A DNA stretch of 64,000 nucleotides, from NCBI GenBank assembly GCA_951406725.2, contig OX597821.1, forward strand, positions 84,816,001 through 84,880,000, read 5' to 3'. Made by a program: the position numbers and the translations under genes. The stretch's first letter is position 1; each line of letters opens with the position of its first letter. The notes under the pieces are model-generated. The model did no database searches, was not told the origin of the DNA, and saw only the letters and a program-made list of their open reading frames with translations. This DNA is from Octopus vulgaris. Lineage: Eukaryota. This document shows, piece by piece, positions 37,076 to 50,649 of this stretch.

Positions 37076-37091
37076 TACATACATACATACA

Positions 37092-37163
<72 letters not shown>

Positions 37164-37167
<4 letters not shown>

Positions 37168-38013
37168 GTTGAAAAATTGGCAATAAAGCTTAGTTCAAAC
37201 CACACAACTGTTCATAGTCATCTTCAACAACTTGGAAAGGCTCCTAACTTGGAAAATGGGTGCCCCATGAATTGTCCGAAAGCAACAGCAAATCCCGAAT
37301 TGACATCTGTTCTTCTCTCCATTCTCGCAAACTCATTTCACACTTTTTGGATAGACTTGTGACTGGTGACGAAAATGGATCTTCTATTGAAATGTTAAAC
37401 GTCGTAAACAGTGGCTTGGTAAAAGGGAAAAAGCTCAACCAGAACCGCGAAGGGAACTTCATGAGAAAGAGGTTCTTCTCTCTATCTGGTGGGATTGCAA
37501 AGAAGTAATTCACTTTGAATTGTTACCACCTACTGCAACAAGCAATGCTCAAGTCTACTGTCAGCAATTAGAGCGTTTGAGCCAAGCTTTGAAGAAAAAA
37601 AAATCCCTTTAGTGAATCGAAAATGAGAGATGGTTCACCAGGACAATGTGCGACCTCACACTGCAAAGATCACATCACAGAAGATCGAAGAGCTTGGTTG
37701 GGAAAAAATTCCTCATCCACCTTATTCTCCCGACCTTGCTCCTTCAGACTACCATTTATTTCGTAGTTTACAGAATCATTTTGGGGACATAACTTTCGCA
37801 AGCCAAGAGGAGGTCGAAACTGACATATCAGAGTTTTTCGCGTTGAAACCAAAAGAGTTTTACATTGATGGGATTAAAAAGCTTGTAAATAGATGGAAGG
37901 CAGTCATAGATAATCAAGGAAAGTACATTGATGATTAAATTTCAATTAAATATAACATTTGATCTCTTGTTTTCTTTATTCAAAATTCGGACAGAACTTA
38001 TGGGATGACCTGA
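37164..38013 (+). mobile_element. Mariner transposon, 5'-truncated, frameshifted transposase
   Basis: [23 protein letters not shown]...[16 protein letters not shown] (DD34D motifs). Right TIR cagaacttatgggatgacctga plus TA. Confidence 0.92.
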
Positions 38014-38199
38014 TAGATCCATGTAAGTTTTGATTTTACTAGCGCACTTGTCATCAACTGCCGCAGTTAACTGACGGGTTCATTCTTTAATTGCCCAAGG
38101 AAATAAATAACATCTTTACTAAAACAAAAAGTATCTCAACGCAAGAAGTTATGCTGTACATAATTACGTGACACTGTATAAAACGGATTTAGATATTTT

Positions 38200-38600
38200 T
38201 AAAGAAGTATCACGAATACAAGCGGCCGAAAACTCCAGAAATCCTCCGAAGGATTTGTGGAGTAACGCTATTCGACAGGGTGCGTAGCTCTGAGATCAGG
38301 GCGTCTCTTTCGGTCGAGCCGTTAATTCTTCGCATTGAGAGTCACAACTCTGGACCTATAGATATGCGATTAGAATGTCGTTAGAAAGAATCGCAAGAGG
38401 CTTTCTTCAAGTCGAGCCAATCAGCAGGGGACCTAGTGGCAGATCAAGAACGAGATGTTTGAATAATATCCATAGTCACAGTTGGTTATGCTTGGGAATC
38501 CAACCGGAAGTTACTTTTGATACGACTCTATGGAGAAGGTACCTGAGAACTCTACCTCTCCACCTCGACCCTCCCACGAATAGTAGGCGGAGAAGATGAA
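38200..38600 (+). mobile_element. RTE-clade LINE, 3' fragment, decayed
   Basis: LRRICGVTLFDRVRSSEIRASLSVEPLILRIE...RM..ERIA...RGPSGRSRTR. Confidence 0.75.
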
Positions 38601-39546
38601 TGGAACAAAAGAATCAGTAACTCAGTCAATGTTTCTGGTAGGAAGCATTATTAGACATGTTCCGAAATAGTCTTAAACAGTATAAATTCATTCTAGAATG
38701 GTTTGGTAAATACTAGCTTTTGATAAGGCTCCGATTCTTTTAGATAACTTCTTTAATTAACACTGGCACGTGGCTGAAGCTTTTAGACTCACTTGGGATG
38801 CATCCGAACAAATAGATTTTGTTAAATCTTTCCAGGATTACTTTAATTACAACCAGGTACAAAGAAAGATTTTCGACTCTTTTAGAATATGAAGAACCCA
38901 TTTTCCAGTGAAAGCTGTCCCCTAATTTCAATGAGAGAGCTTTTACATGGACTTTCGATATGTTAGGAAGAACAAACAATTTTCGTCAAATTACACCCTA
39001 CTTTTTCGGAAATGAATTGACAGCTTTAGATGCATAATGCTTGAGATGATAGTAGCGTCATAACTGCGAGGTCTTTTGGTTATAGTTCTGCTCGGTCAGG
39101 GCTGACCCGGGGGTTAAGCTACAACAACAAGAACAGGAGATTTAGGTCAATGGAAGGTATTTGATATCACATGTAGCCATTATCCGGTGACTTGTCGTCA
39201 AAACAACTTCATTAACGTTTCCCCACTTTCTATCACAATACATATGGTAACATCTTTTATTATCTCTTCGCATCAGATGAGGATGGACTGCAACCATTTA
39301 ATTTTCTAACCAATATTTTTAGAAATTTCTAGTGACAGTATCTTGGCAGAATTGCTGGACAATCGAACATAAAATACCTTTCGTTATCTTGTCACGATTG
39401 GTATTCAGATTTCATATTATATTAAAGTCAGTTTATTTCTTTCATTCAGCCAAGATCGAAGAGGAGAGTTAATTTCATTGATTATACCCTTTCCTTAAAA
39501 TCTTGTGACGTTGTACCCATGTTAGAAATCAATATCCCAGAAGATA

Positions 39547-39770
39547 AGGGCGGCGAGGTGGCAGAATCGTTAGCATGCCAGGCAAAATGCTTAGCGGCAT
39601 TTCGTCCGTCTAAAGGTTCTGAGTTCAAAAGCTGCCGAGGTCGACTATGCTTTTCATACTTTCGAGATTAATAAAATAAGTGCCAGTAGAACAAAGGGGG
39701 TCGACGTAATCGACTTACGCCCATCCCCCATCAAACTTACTTGCCTTGTGACAAAATTTGAAACCAATAT
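39547..39770 (+). mobile_element. SINE family B-related copy
   Basis: ggcggcgaggtggcagaatcg...gagttcaaa...gaggtcgac. Confidence 0.75.
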
Positions 39771-39914
39771 TTCAGAAGCTAGAAGAATGGATAAAACAAA
39801 ACAAAATAAAACAAAAACGATGAAATGTCAGGTTCAATGTGTTATTGTAGGTAGTTTCATCGACTAACCGAGTTCAAGTCCTGCCCGTTTAAAGTATATT
39901 AGCTTTCTGAAGTC

Positions 39915-39975
<61 letters not shown>

Positions 39976-40139
39976 CTGCCTGCTGCTAGCCATTGTCCAC
40001 CATACACACACATACACACACACGCACAAACTCACACACACACCCTTGTCATCTCGCACACCTTTTTTTACCATTCCTTCTTTGATTCAGCTCTCCTGTT
40101 TTTAAAAAACATTTTCCTCCTTTTTTACCACTTCCGTCT

Positions 40140-40750
40140 TTTTAGTATGTGACCTCGTGAAGACTACCTGCAATTTTTTTTCCTCTGTCCTCCCGTCTCG
40201 GGATCTTTCCTTCTCCTATGTTTCCGACGAAACGTTAAACCCTCCTTCTTCCCTTCTTTCCTGAGCGTCCAATAATACTTTATTTGTTCCACATCCTCGC
40301 GTTGTTGTATTTTTGTTTTCTTGTTTGGATTAACTTTATATATATATATATATTTGAAAATGTAACTGTGTGTGTATTGTTAGTGATTTTCTTCCTCCGT
40401 CTTCCCTTCCTTTGGACTTTCCTCTATTTCTGAAGAAGAGCAAGGCTCGAAACGTTAAATCCTCTTTCCTTCCTTTCCTGCGCGTCTGATGATACAGTAC
40501 TTGTACCGCGTCCCTGCGTTATTGCTTTTTGTTGTTTGTTCTTCTTTGTTTAGATTCACTACACACACACATAGTTTGAATTTACAAAAAAAAAAAACGA
40601 AGACAGGTGTAAACAACAAACAGGTGTATTAGTTTAACACTCGGGAAGGTAAGAAAGCCTTTTACGTTTCGAGCCTACGCTCTTCAACAGAAAAGAACAC
40701 GAGAAAATAAACAGAGAGAATTAAAAAAATCCTTTAGTGGCTAGCGGTCA
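40140..40750. mobile_element. Cluster of three short PLE-terminus-like elements with minimal hammerhead motifs
   Basis: 40200-40340 is a reverse match to 56041-56200. Motifs ctgaagaagagcaaggctcgaaacgtta (40430-40457, +) and ctgttgaagagcgtaggctcgaaacgta (40663-40690, -). Confidence 0.65.
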
Positions 40751-40789
40751 ATCATGGTGATGGCCGGACAGAGGTATATGTGTGTGCGT

Positions 40790-40851
<62 letters not shown>

Positions 40852-40853
<2 letters not shown>

Positions 40854-41230
40854 GCCCAGGCGTGGCAGTGTGTAAGAAGTTTGTTTCCCAACCACATGGT
40901 TCGGGGTTCAGTCCCCCTGCATGGCACCTTGGACTAGTGACCTCTACAATAGCCTCGGGCCGACCAAAGCTTTGCGAGTGGATTTGGTTGACGGAAACTG
41001 AAAGAAGCCAGTCGTATATATCTGTCTGTGTTTGTCCCCCAACGCCGTTTAACAACCCGTGTTGGTGTATTTATGCCTCCGTAACTTAGCTGTTCGGCAA
41101 AATAGGCGTATAGAATAAATACAAAGCTAAAAGAAAAAAGGTACTGGATGCAATTCATTCGACTAAAATTTCTTTAAGGCGGTGCTCCAACAGGCCACAG
41201 TCTAATAACTGAATCAAATAAAAGAATAGA
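40852..41230 (+). mobile_element. SINE family A, diverged full-length copy
   Basis: Head, core and tail are recognisable. Confidence 0.8.
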
Positions 41231-41743
41231 AAAAAAAAGATATTCATTCATAAGCTAGCAATCGATTCAGTCTTTTATATGAATTCATGACATTGTACAA
41301 ATGTGAAATAGCATTATTTTAGAAGCAAAACCTTTTGATAATAAATCATTATTTCAAAAGTCACAACTAACTCATACTGCGTGAATTTATTTCAGCAGGC
41401 GTCATCCTCTTCATGGTAACGACCGCATCGGAAATTAGGTTGCTGCATAGCAAAAACTAAAAATACAAAATGAAAACGAGAGCGCACATCAACCGTGACG
41501 GCTTGGTGGTTTTTATGTAACCGACTTACCAGTTGTACTACAGAGCTGCGTTTCTCAGCCGGAGTTCTATGGATCCCTAGGGTTCCGCAAAAGGATTCTA
41601 GGGGTTCCGCGAGAAAGAGTGAGATGAGCTAATGCCAACTTCATGATCGTAATATTACTAAACATGCACAACATATTGTAATATTGTAATATAGACATCA
41701 TCCTATCTAACCTATTATGTTATCGAAAATTATAAAATTATAA

Positions 41744-42250
<507 letters not shown>

Positions 42251-42341
42251 TTATATATATAGTTTCTGACTATTTTCTCTTTCTCACTAGACCGCTGGTG
42301 GCGAAAAAATTTCTATTGAATTTTTTGCTACCCTATATTGA

Positions 42342-42411
<70 letters not shown>

Positions 42412-43209
42412 ATATTTACCACGTGAACTACGATGAAAAGATATGAGAAAGATATAGTATATAATTCTTTTGTGCAGGGGTTACTTGAGAAATGTAATTT
42501 ATTTTAAGGGTTACGCAACGGTAAAATGTCGAGAAACACTTCTTCAGAGCCTCTGCTAATCAGAGTAGAGCCTACTGCTAATCAATAGGAGAACCTCTTC
42601 TTACCAATAAGGCAGGCTTCTTCGTGGCCGTTCAGCTTTGAAGAAATGGTAGCTATATATCCCTCGGCCACAGTCATAACAAGGAAGGGCATACTAGTTT
42701 ACGTAATCCTAGAATCTCGTTAAAAATGCAGGATGGACACTACGGGAGAAGGCTTTTAATTATGGCTTATTTAATTAGCGTTCACGTGAGACTAAAGAAC
42801 AACAAGTCCGATGTCTGGCACGTGATATTTGAATTAGTAACATCTTTTTTCTTTTCTGTTTTTTTTTGTTTGTTTGACCCTCCTAATCTGTAAAAATAGT
42901 TTGGATAATTTGCCCTGGTTCTCATTTGAGGTTTAATGAATAAGAACTGGGACGATGTAACAGTTACAGAGAATTATGATAGCTATCGGAATTGTTAGAC
43001 TATTGTTAGTTTGTAAGGGTTATTGGGTATAAAACTAATCGAAGAACAACAATATACAGACTTTATTAACAGACAGACCGGTTAAAGTCTATAAAGAATC
43101 TATAAAGAAGTCTTTTGAGTAAGCAGTGTAGAGATGAGGAACAAAGACAATAAATAAATACCAGTGTATTACTGGAGTCGATTCTGGGCGTGTGTGTGTG
43201 TGTGACATT

Positions 43210-43256
<47 letters not shown>

Positions 43257-43391
43257 CGACAGACAGTGTGTACTCAATATATGAGTATATATGCATTTAT
43301 ACGTATATACATCATCCATATATCTATTAATCTTCAGAATACTGCAAAAATTACTCAAAGCCGAGCGAGTCGGGCCTTGAGTCACTTTTGT

Positions 43392-43607
43392 TACTTTCAG
43401 TCATTTGACTGCAACCATGCTGGAGCACCGCCTTTAGTCGAACAAATCAACCGAAGAACTTATTCTTTGTAAGCCTGGTAGTTATTCTATCGGTTTCTTT
43501 TGCCGAACCGCTAAGTTACGGGGACATAAACACACCAGCATCGGTTGTCAAGCAATGTTGGGGGGACAAACACAGACACACAAATACACAGACACACACA
43601 CACACAG

Positions 43608-43674
<67 letters not shown>

Positions 43675-43844
43675 CATATATACGACGAGCTTCTTTCAGT
43701 TTCCGTCTACCAAATCCACTCACAAGACTATGGTCGGCCCGAGGTTATAGAACAAGACACTTGCCCAAGATGCCACGCCGTGGAACTGAACCCGGAACCA
43801 TGTGGTTGGTTAGCAAGCTACTTACCACACAGCCACTCCTGCGC

Positions 43845-43846
<2 letters not shown>
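43392..43846 (-). mobile_element. SINE family A, full length
   Basis: Reverse-complement copy. Confidence 0.9.
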
Positions 43847-43909
<63 letters not shown>

Positions 43910-45012
43910 CAGACAGACAGATTGATAGATATGGAAAATTAATATAGACAGCGGTATGCAATGTTTACCCAAAAGGAAAACCATAATTATCACTATGACT
44001 AGGGTGGTGTGTGTGTCTGTCTGTGTTTGTGTGTGTGTATGTATGTGTGTATGTATGTATGCATGTATGTATGTATGTATGTATGTATGTATGTATGTGT
44101 GTATGTATGTATGTATGTATGTATGTATGTATATATGTGTGTATGTATGTATGCATGTATGTATGTATGTGTGTATGTATGTGTGTATGTATGTATGTAT
44201 GTATGTATGTAAGTATTTATGTATGTATGTATGTATGTATGTACGCATGTATGTAAGTTTGTGTATATATGTGTGTATACATACACACACACATAAATAT
44301 ATACACACACATGCGCACGATTTTTGAATCCATGTTTGTGTGTGTGTGTATGTATGTATGTATTTATGTATAGGTGAGTGTGTGTGCTCGTGTGCGCGTG
44401 AGCAAACAAGAGAGTGTGAATGTGGATGTGTGTGTGTGTATGTACGGGTGTATACGTGTGTGTGCGTAATTAATACATGAAACGCAGCATGAACATTTAA
44501 ACATCATTTCTTACACTAATGAATATTTACGTATTCAAAGCATATGTCGACTTGCGTAGAATGAAAACTCTACAGCACAGTGAGAGCATTGAAGTGATGA
44601 AGCAATTTCTACTTTCTTGAATCCTCTGCACAATTTGTTTAATCTGCCAGCATGGCACCGAAAAGAAACAGCTGATGCAGTCTGATAGAAAATGCAACCG
44701 AATTCACATAGATTATGAGAATTTTCATACGAGTCTTAGTTTAAGAACCGCTAAGAAATTGCTAATATCTTAACAAAGCATGAAAAGTTACCAGTTTTTA
44801 AAGTTGAAGGAAAACCGCGTTTAATTGCATATTTATGAATATACTTATATATTCATATGCACTTTGTGTGAGTACGTATATATATATACACGCTCACATA
44901 TTTATATATGTGTGCATGTATGTATGCATCTACATCTATATATATATATATTGTGTGTATGCGTATATACATACATACATACATACATACATACATACAT
45001 ACATACATACAT

Positions 45013-45059
<47 letters not shown>

Positions 45060-45062
<3 letters not shown>

Positions 45063-45268
45063 CGGGAAGCTTTATGAAAATAGACAAAAGACGAAGGCAG
45101 GTGGAAAACAAACGAACAATTGTATTAGTATGGCGCTCAGGAAATATAAATAAAACAAGACTTTAACGTTTCGAGCCTACGCTCTTCAACAGAAAGATAC
45201 ACAGAGAGAAAAAAAACACAGAAAGAAGGAGAGAAAAAAAATGCGTGCAGTAGCTAACGAATCAACAT
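45060..45268 (-). mobile_element. Short PLE-terminus-like element with minimal hammerhead-like motif
   Basis: Same family as 40575-40750 and 49361-49520. Minus strand ctgttgaagagcgtaggctcgaaacgtta. Confidence 0.6.
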
Positions 45269-45269
45269 G

Positions 45270-45574
45270 GCGTAAGGGGTATTAGCCATCTGAATGTGGC
45301 TAGCCACTGGGGGGGGGGGGGGGTTACTGATGCTTTTAGCCCCAGGCGATCAACGTCACCAGAAGGACTTTAGACACTATCTCAGTGCCCTTGTGTTATA
45401 TATATATATATTTAAAGAACTTAGGAAATAATAAGTATTCCAGATTAGCAGGACATTTACTATTTTACATTTTACTAATGCAATGTAAACAGTATCATTT
45501 ATAATGTTATTACAAATTTGGGATTTTACCAATAGAACCGCAACTCCTATTTCAGGCCAAATCCAAATTTGTAA

Positions 45575-45611
<37 letters not shown>

Positions 45612-46134
45612 CGTAAGGGGTATTAGCCATCTGAATGTGGCTAGCCACTGGGGGGGGGGGGGTACTGATGCTTTTATCCTCAGGCGATCAACGTCACCAG
45701 AAGGACTTTAGACACTATCTCAGTGCCCTTGTGTTATTTGCAAAGGGAGGTCATCCTCCCTCGAAGACCCGAGTACTACATACGGTCTATAGTTTCAAGG
45801 TAATTGCCTCTCGTCAACGCATGGTAAGCACCGGTCTTCGATGAAGGAGTCCCCTTGCAAATAATATATAACGTTTTTCACAGTAACCACTGTCACTGAT
45901 GTAGAAAAACTGTCTGAAAACAATAATAAATCTCTGAACGAGGGTCTTCGAGGGAGGATGACTTCCCTTTGCAAATAACACAAGGGCACTGAGATAGTGT
46001 CTAAAGTCCTTCTGGTGACGTTGATCGCCTGGGGCTAAAAGCATCAGTAACCCCCCCCCCCAGTGGATAGCCACATTCAGATGGCTAATACCCCTTACGT
46101 TGTCGAGCGGTTACTGTTTATATCTCGTTCAGAG

Positions 46135-46140
<6 letters not shown>
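45270..46140. repeat. Second locus of the ~355-nt structured monomer family (partial, full and inverted partial copies)
   Basis: 45270-45398 partial (+), 45611-45942 (+), 45942-46140 (-). Clear homology to 24978-25680. Confidence 0.9.
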
Positions 46141-46159
<19 letters not shown>

Positions 46160-46171
<12 letters not shown>

Positions 46172-46187
46172 TGAAGTTATGTGAGTG

Positions 46188-46256
<69 letters not shown>

Positions 46257-46625
46257 AGTTATGTGAGTGTCTGTCTCCTACGATTTAGATTCTTAACTTC
46301 TCCCACATTTTGTTTAACCAAAACCGGGTATCTTATAGTCGTGATTCATATCGAGCCCTTCTGGGTATTAGCGCGCATCTACGATGAGTCTACGATTTCA
46401 AAAATAATTTACCATAATTTTTTTCCATTTTAAAGCATATTTTTTAAATAAAGGGAAGTAACTCTCTGAAAATGTCTACGATGAGTCAACGATTTTAAAA
46501 AATATTTACCATAATTTTTTTTCCATTTTTAATGTATTTTTTGCTGTTTTTTTGGCTATAACTCTCTAAAAATGCTTTATAGTTATTACACTTACAAACC
46601 CGAGCAACGCCGGGCGATACTGCTA

Positions 46626-46626
<1 letters not shown>
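46160..46626 (+). mobile_element. Non-autonomous Helitron with 5' end duplicated around (TA)n
   Basis: Same body as 36125-36517. Ends CTAG|T. Confidence 0.85.
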
Positions 46627-46661
<35 letters not shown>

Positions 46662-46964
46662 AGAATAAGAATGGAGAAAATTACATATTTAATTGGTGAT
46701 TACACCAGATATCAGCGGCGATCTTTTCTATTATTCCAGCATATTTAGAAACAGAAGATATGAAATACCAGTCCGAAAATATATGCTAACACAAAGTCAA
46801 CTAGGCCATCCAATATATTCTAAGGAAAGCCAGTTTAGTATTTAATTTTTGATGACGTCAGTAGATAAGGGAAAAATAAAAATAGCCTACAATTAGAAAC
46901 AGAAATTTCACGTCATGATAATTAGTTATCCGTCTATGCTAAAAATCTTTTTTTACAAAAATTA

Positions 46965-47095
46965 AGCAGGAGTGTCTGTGTGGTAAGTAACTTGCTTAAC
47001 AGCCACATGGTTCCGAGTGTCTTCTACGATAGCCTCGGACCGACCAAAGCCTTGTGAGTGGATTTGGTAGACGGAAACTGAAAGAAGCCCAACGT
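46965..47095 (+). mobile_element. SINE family A, 5' half (3' half probably at 48601-48810)
   Basis: Head and core end in (TA)n. Confidence 0.8.
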
Positions 47096-47109
47096 ATATA
47101 TATATATAT

Positions 47110-47407
47110 CACCGTGTCCGACCAGGCTATCAGATGCTGCTACACATCGCTGGTCATAATGCGTTTCGCATTGTTTTAGCCTTCAAATGACGCCACCCCG
47201 CTGGCTAAGCGAGCAGGCCAACAGAAGAAAGAGTGAGAGAAAGTTGTGTCGAAAGAGTACAGCAGGGATCGCCACCACCTCCTGCCGGAGCCGCGTAGAG
47301 CTTTAGGTGTTTTCGCTCAATAAACACTCACAACGCCCGGTCTGGGAATCGAAACCGCGATCCTACAACCGCGAGTCCGCTGCCCTAACCACTGGGCCAT
47401 TGCGCCT

Positions 47408-47411
<4 letters not shown>
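47110..47411 (-). mobile_element. SINE family C, tail variant 2
   Basis: Minus-strand head gtggaggcgcaatggcccagtggttagggcagcggactcgcgg...ttcgattccc. Confidence 0.85.
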
Positions 47412-47471
<60 letters not shown>

Positions 47472-47578
47472 TGATAAAACGGTAAGATAACAAAAGAAAG
47501 AAAGAGACCTCAATATTATGTAAATAGAGGAAATTTATCTATACAATATGTTTTTTACTTTTTACTTTTATATATATA

Positions 47579-47965
47579 CTAGCAGTATCGCCCGGCGTTG
47601 CTCAGGTTGTTTCGACCCTTTAGAATTGGAAATTTTGAAAAGTAAAAATTTTGCATTATGTAGCTTGATATTCTTTTTAAGTGAACATTTTTCTGGTTGA
47701 AATACACCGAAAAATGGTGACACAGTAGTAAAAAAATTGTAAAAAATGGGGATTTTCATAGAAAAAAAGCACCTTTTTGATGTAAATAATTTTTGGTGTT
47801 AACACGGTCCGATTTGAATTTTTTCTTCTACGGAATGAAGAGCAAGCCGTCTTCTATCATACTCTCAATTTTGGTCAACTTGTGCCGCAGGGTCTCGGAG
47901 GAGATAGTGTTTGTTGAAGGCTACCAAACCTGCAACACACAGACAACTTCAGCTTTATATATATA
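47579..47965 (-). mobile_element. Non-autonomous Helitron with a different internal sequence
   Basis: Shares the 3' end gagcaacgccgggcgatactgCTAG and a similar 5' tatataaagctgaagttgtc. Confidence 0.8.
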
Positions 47966-48470
47966 CTAGCAGTATCGCCCGGCGTTGCTCGGGTTTGTAA
48001 GGGAAATAACTATATAAGCATTTTTAGAGAGTTACTTCCCTTATAAATTCGGGCTTTCTTAGCCATTTTGTTTTGGTGTCTTCAAGCCATGAAGTCGTTG
48101 TTCTAAAAGAACGCTGGTTTCCTTCACAACGCATTACGACGTTGATTTCTTTACACTCCCTTCCCCACAGCTTCACGAGGGAGGGAAGGGGGAGAAGCAA
48201 ACAGGTGCAGCTGTGAGCGTGGACGCCAACTCCGCCGCCATCGACATACGATGCATTTTATGCATTAAAATGGAATAAAAAATGATGTTAAATTATTTTT
48301 AAAATCGTAGACTCATCGTTGACGCGCGCTAATAGTCAGACGGGCTCGATATGAATCACGACTATAAGATACCCGAATTTGGTTAAACTGCACCGCAAAA
48401 TGTGGGAGGAGTTAGGAATCTAAATCGAAGGGGACAGACACTCACACAACTAGAGTTTTATATATATAGA
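47966..48470 (-). mobile_element. Non-autonomous Helitron with a GC-rich internal segment
   Basis: TC start at 48470, family body, ~200-bp extra segment (~48050-48250), CTAG end abutting the previous Helitron. Confidence 0.85.
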
Positions 48471-48495
48471 TATACATATATATATATATATATAT

Positions 48496-48548
<53 letters not shown>

Positions 48549-48573
48549 GAGTGTGTGTGTGAGTGTGTGTATT

Positions 48574-48600
<27 letters not shown>

Positions 48601-48604
<4 letters not shown>

Positions 48605-48810
48605 TTGTGTGTCTGTGTTAGTCCCCCCATCATCGCTTGACAACCGATGCTGGTGTGTTTACGTCCCCGTTACTTAGCGGTTCGGCAAAATAGAACGATA
48701 GAATAAATACTAGGCTTACAAAGTCCTGGGGTCAATTTGCTCGACTAAAGGCGGTGCTCCAGCATGGCCGCAGTCAAATGACTGAAACAAATAAAAGAGT
48801 AAAGAGTATA
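48601..48810 (+). mobile_element. SINE family A, 3' half
   Basis: Tail matches the family. Confidence 0.85.
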
Positions 48811-49109
48811 TTAGAATATGTAAAAAGCGATTATAATTAATGGGTTATTCAGTATTGAAATATTTAAATGTTCTATATTTGTGAGATCATTGAAATGTAA
48901 AATTACAATTCAATAATACAAATTTAGAAATAATTGTGTAATGCATTTCCTCAAGGCAAAGATTACATTTTAAATATCAGTATTCTATGTACTATCATAC
49001 ATCTTGTACTTAACATGCCGGGTTTTTTTTTAGAACCGCTAGGTTATGGTGACGAAAACAAACTGACACCGACTATCAAACGATAGAGGGTTACAAGCAC
49101 AAGAACACA

Positions 49110-49194
<85 letters not shown>

Positions 49195-49345
49195 CCGTAA
49201 CTTAGCGGTTCGGCAAAAGAGACCGATAGAATAAGTACTAGGCTTATAAATAATAAGTCCTGGGGGTCGATTCGCTCGACTAAAGGCGGTGCTCCAGCAT
49301 GGCCACAGTTAAATGACTGAAACAAGTAAAAGAGTAAAAGAGAGT
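49195..49345 (+). mobile_element. SINE family A, 3' fragment
   Basis: Tail matches the family. Confidence 0.85.
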
Positions 49346-49360
49346 ATATATATATATATA

Positions 49361-49520
49361 GGGAGAGTTTACGAAAAAAACAGGTGGTGTACAAAACAAA
49401 CAGATGTATTAGTATAACGCTCAGGAATAGAAAAAGTCTTTTACGTTTCGAGCCTACGCTCTTCTACAAAAAGGGACACAGAAAAAACGAGGAGAGAAAA
49501 AAATGTGTGTATTGGCTAGT
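49361..49520 (-). mobile_element. Short PLE-terminus-like element with degenerate hammerhead-like motif
   Basis: Homologous to 45060-45268. Minus strand ttgtagaagagcgtaggctcgaaacgta. Confidence 0.55.
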
Positions 49521-49791
49521 GTGTTTATGTGTATGTGTGCGTGCGTGTGTATGACGGACTTCTATAAGTCTCCGTCTATCAAATTCACTCACAAGGCATT
49601 GGGATTGACTCGAAGCGATAGTACAAAACACTTGCTCAAGTGCTGCGCAATGGGACTGAACCAGAAACTGCGTGATTGGAAAACGAACTTCTTAACCACA
49701 CAACTGAAGACTTTCCCTTAATCTTTTTATCAAAAAGGAAAGCAATGCCCATGACCCGTTAAAGTGCCTTTGAGAGAGAGAGAGAGAGAGA

Positions 49792-49822
<31 letters not shown>

Positions 49823-50409
49823 TTCTCCCCAAGCCAGAGACCCAGTTTGAATTCTTGCCATGGAGTGTTCTAGATTAAAGAGAATAGATGTCAGGCGGTG
49901 GTGTCATACAGGTGGCAGCTTAAGTCTACAAGTGAAGTAGGCCATGTCGGGATTTGAACTCTGAGCGGAAGACATCCAGCCCGAAATTCATGTAATTACT
50001 CCGATACATTGTTGTGGTCCGCTGGCATAACTCTCAGGTCATTCAGGCGCACATACCACGACGCTGAACAATAACTGGACCTTGTGATGGTTAGTCCATG
50101 ATAGATCTAATATATTATCTACAAAACAACGTTATTCCATTGTTATTGCTTCTGGGCAAAGACCATTACATTCAATATGCTTGTGTACCGATTTGCTTCT
50201 CTCACTATGTCTTATAGACACGCTATGAATGTTCTGGAAGTACTGTATGTAATGCCTGGCAGTTTTGTCTTTGTATGTGAATGTGTATGTGTTTGAGTGT
50301 GTGTATGTGTGTATGTGTGCTTGTGTGTGTGTGTGTGTGTGTGTGCGTAAGTGTGTGTTGTGTGTTTATGCTTTTGAGTGTGGTGACTAGTTGCATTTAC
50401 TTTAATGTT

Positions 50410-50600
50410 GGCTTCGAATTTTGGCACAAGGCCAGCAATAGAAATTACATCGACTCTATTACTCAACTGGTACTTACTTTATCGACTCCGAAAGAAAGAA
50501 AGGCAAAGTCGACTTTGGCGGCATTTGAACTTAGAAAGTCGGAAGAAATGCCGCGAAGCATTTTGTCCAACGCAGTAACAATTCTGCCAGCTCACCGCCT
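50410..50600 (-). mobile_element. SINE family B-related copy, decayed
   Basis: aaggcaaagtcgac...atttgaact...ctgccagctcaccgcc. Confidence 0.7.
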
Positions 50601-50649
50601 TTGTATTTCCTCTAAAGTTGTTGGAAAGAAGCGAATAACTGAAGTATTA

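Noticed and set aside
47340-47411. tRNA-like sequences here and at 55225-55295 and 22441-22515 as tRNA genes
   Set aside because: They are SINE heads continuous with SINE bodies and lack a proper acceptor stem.
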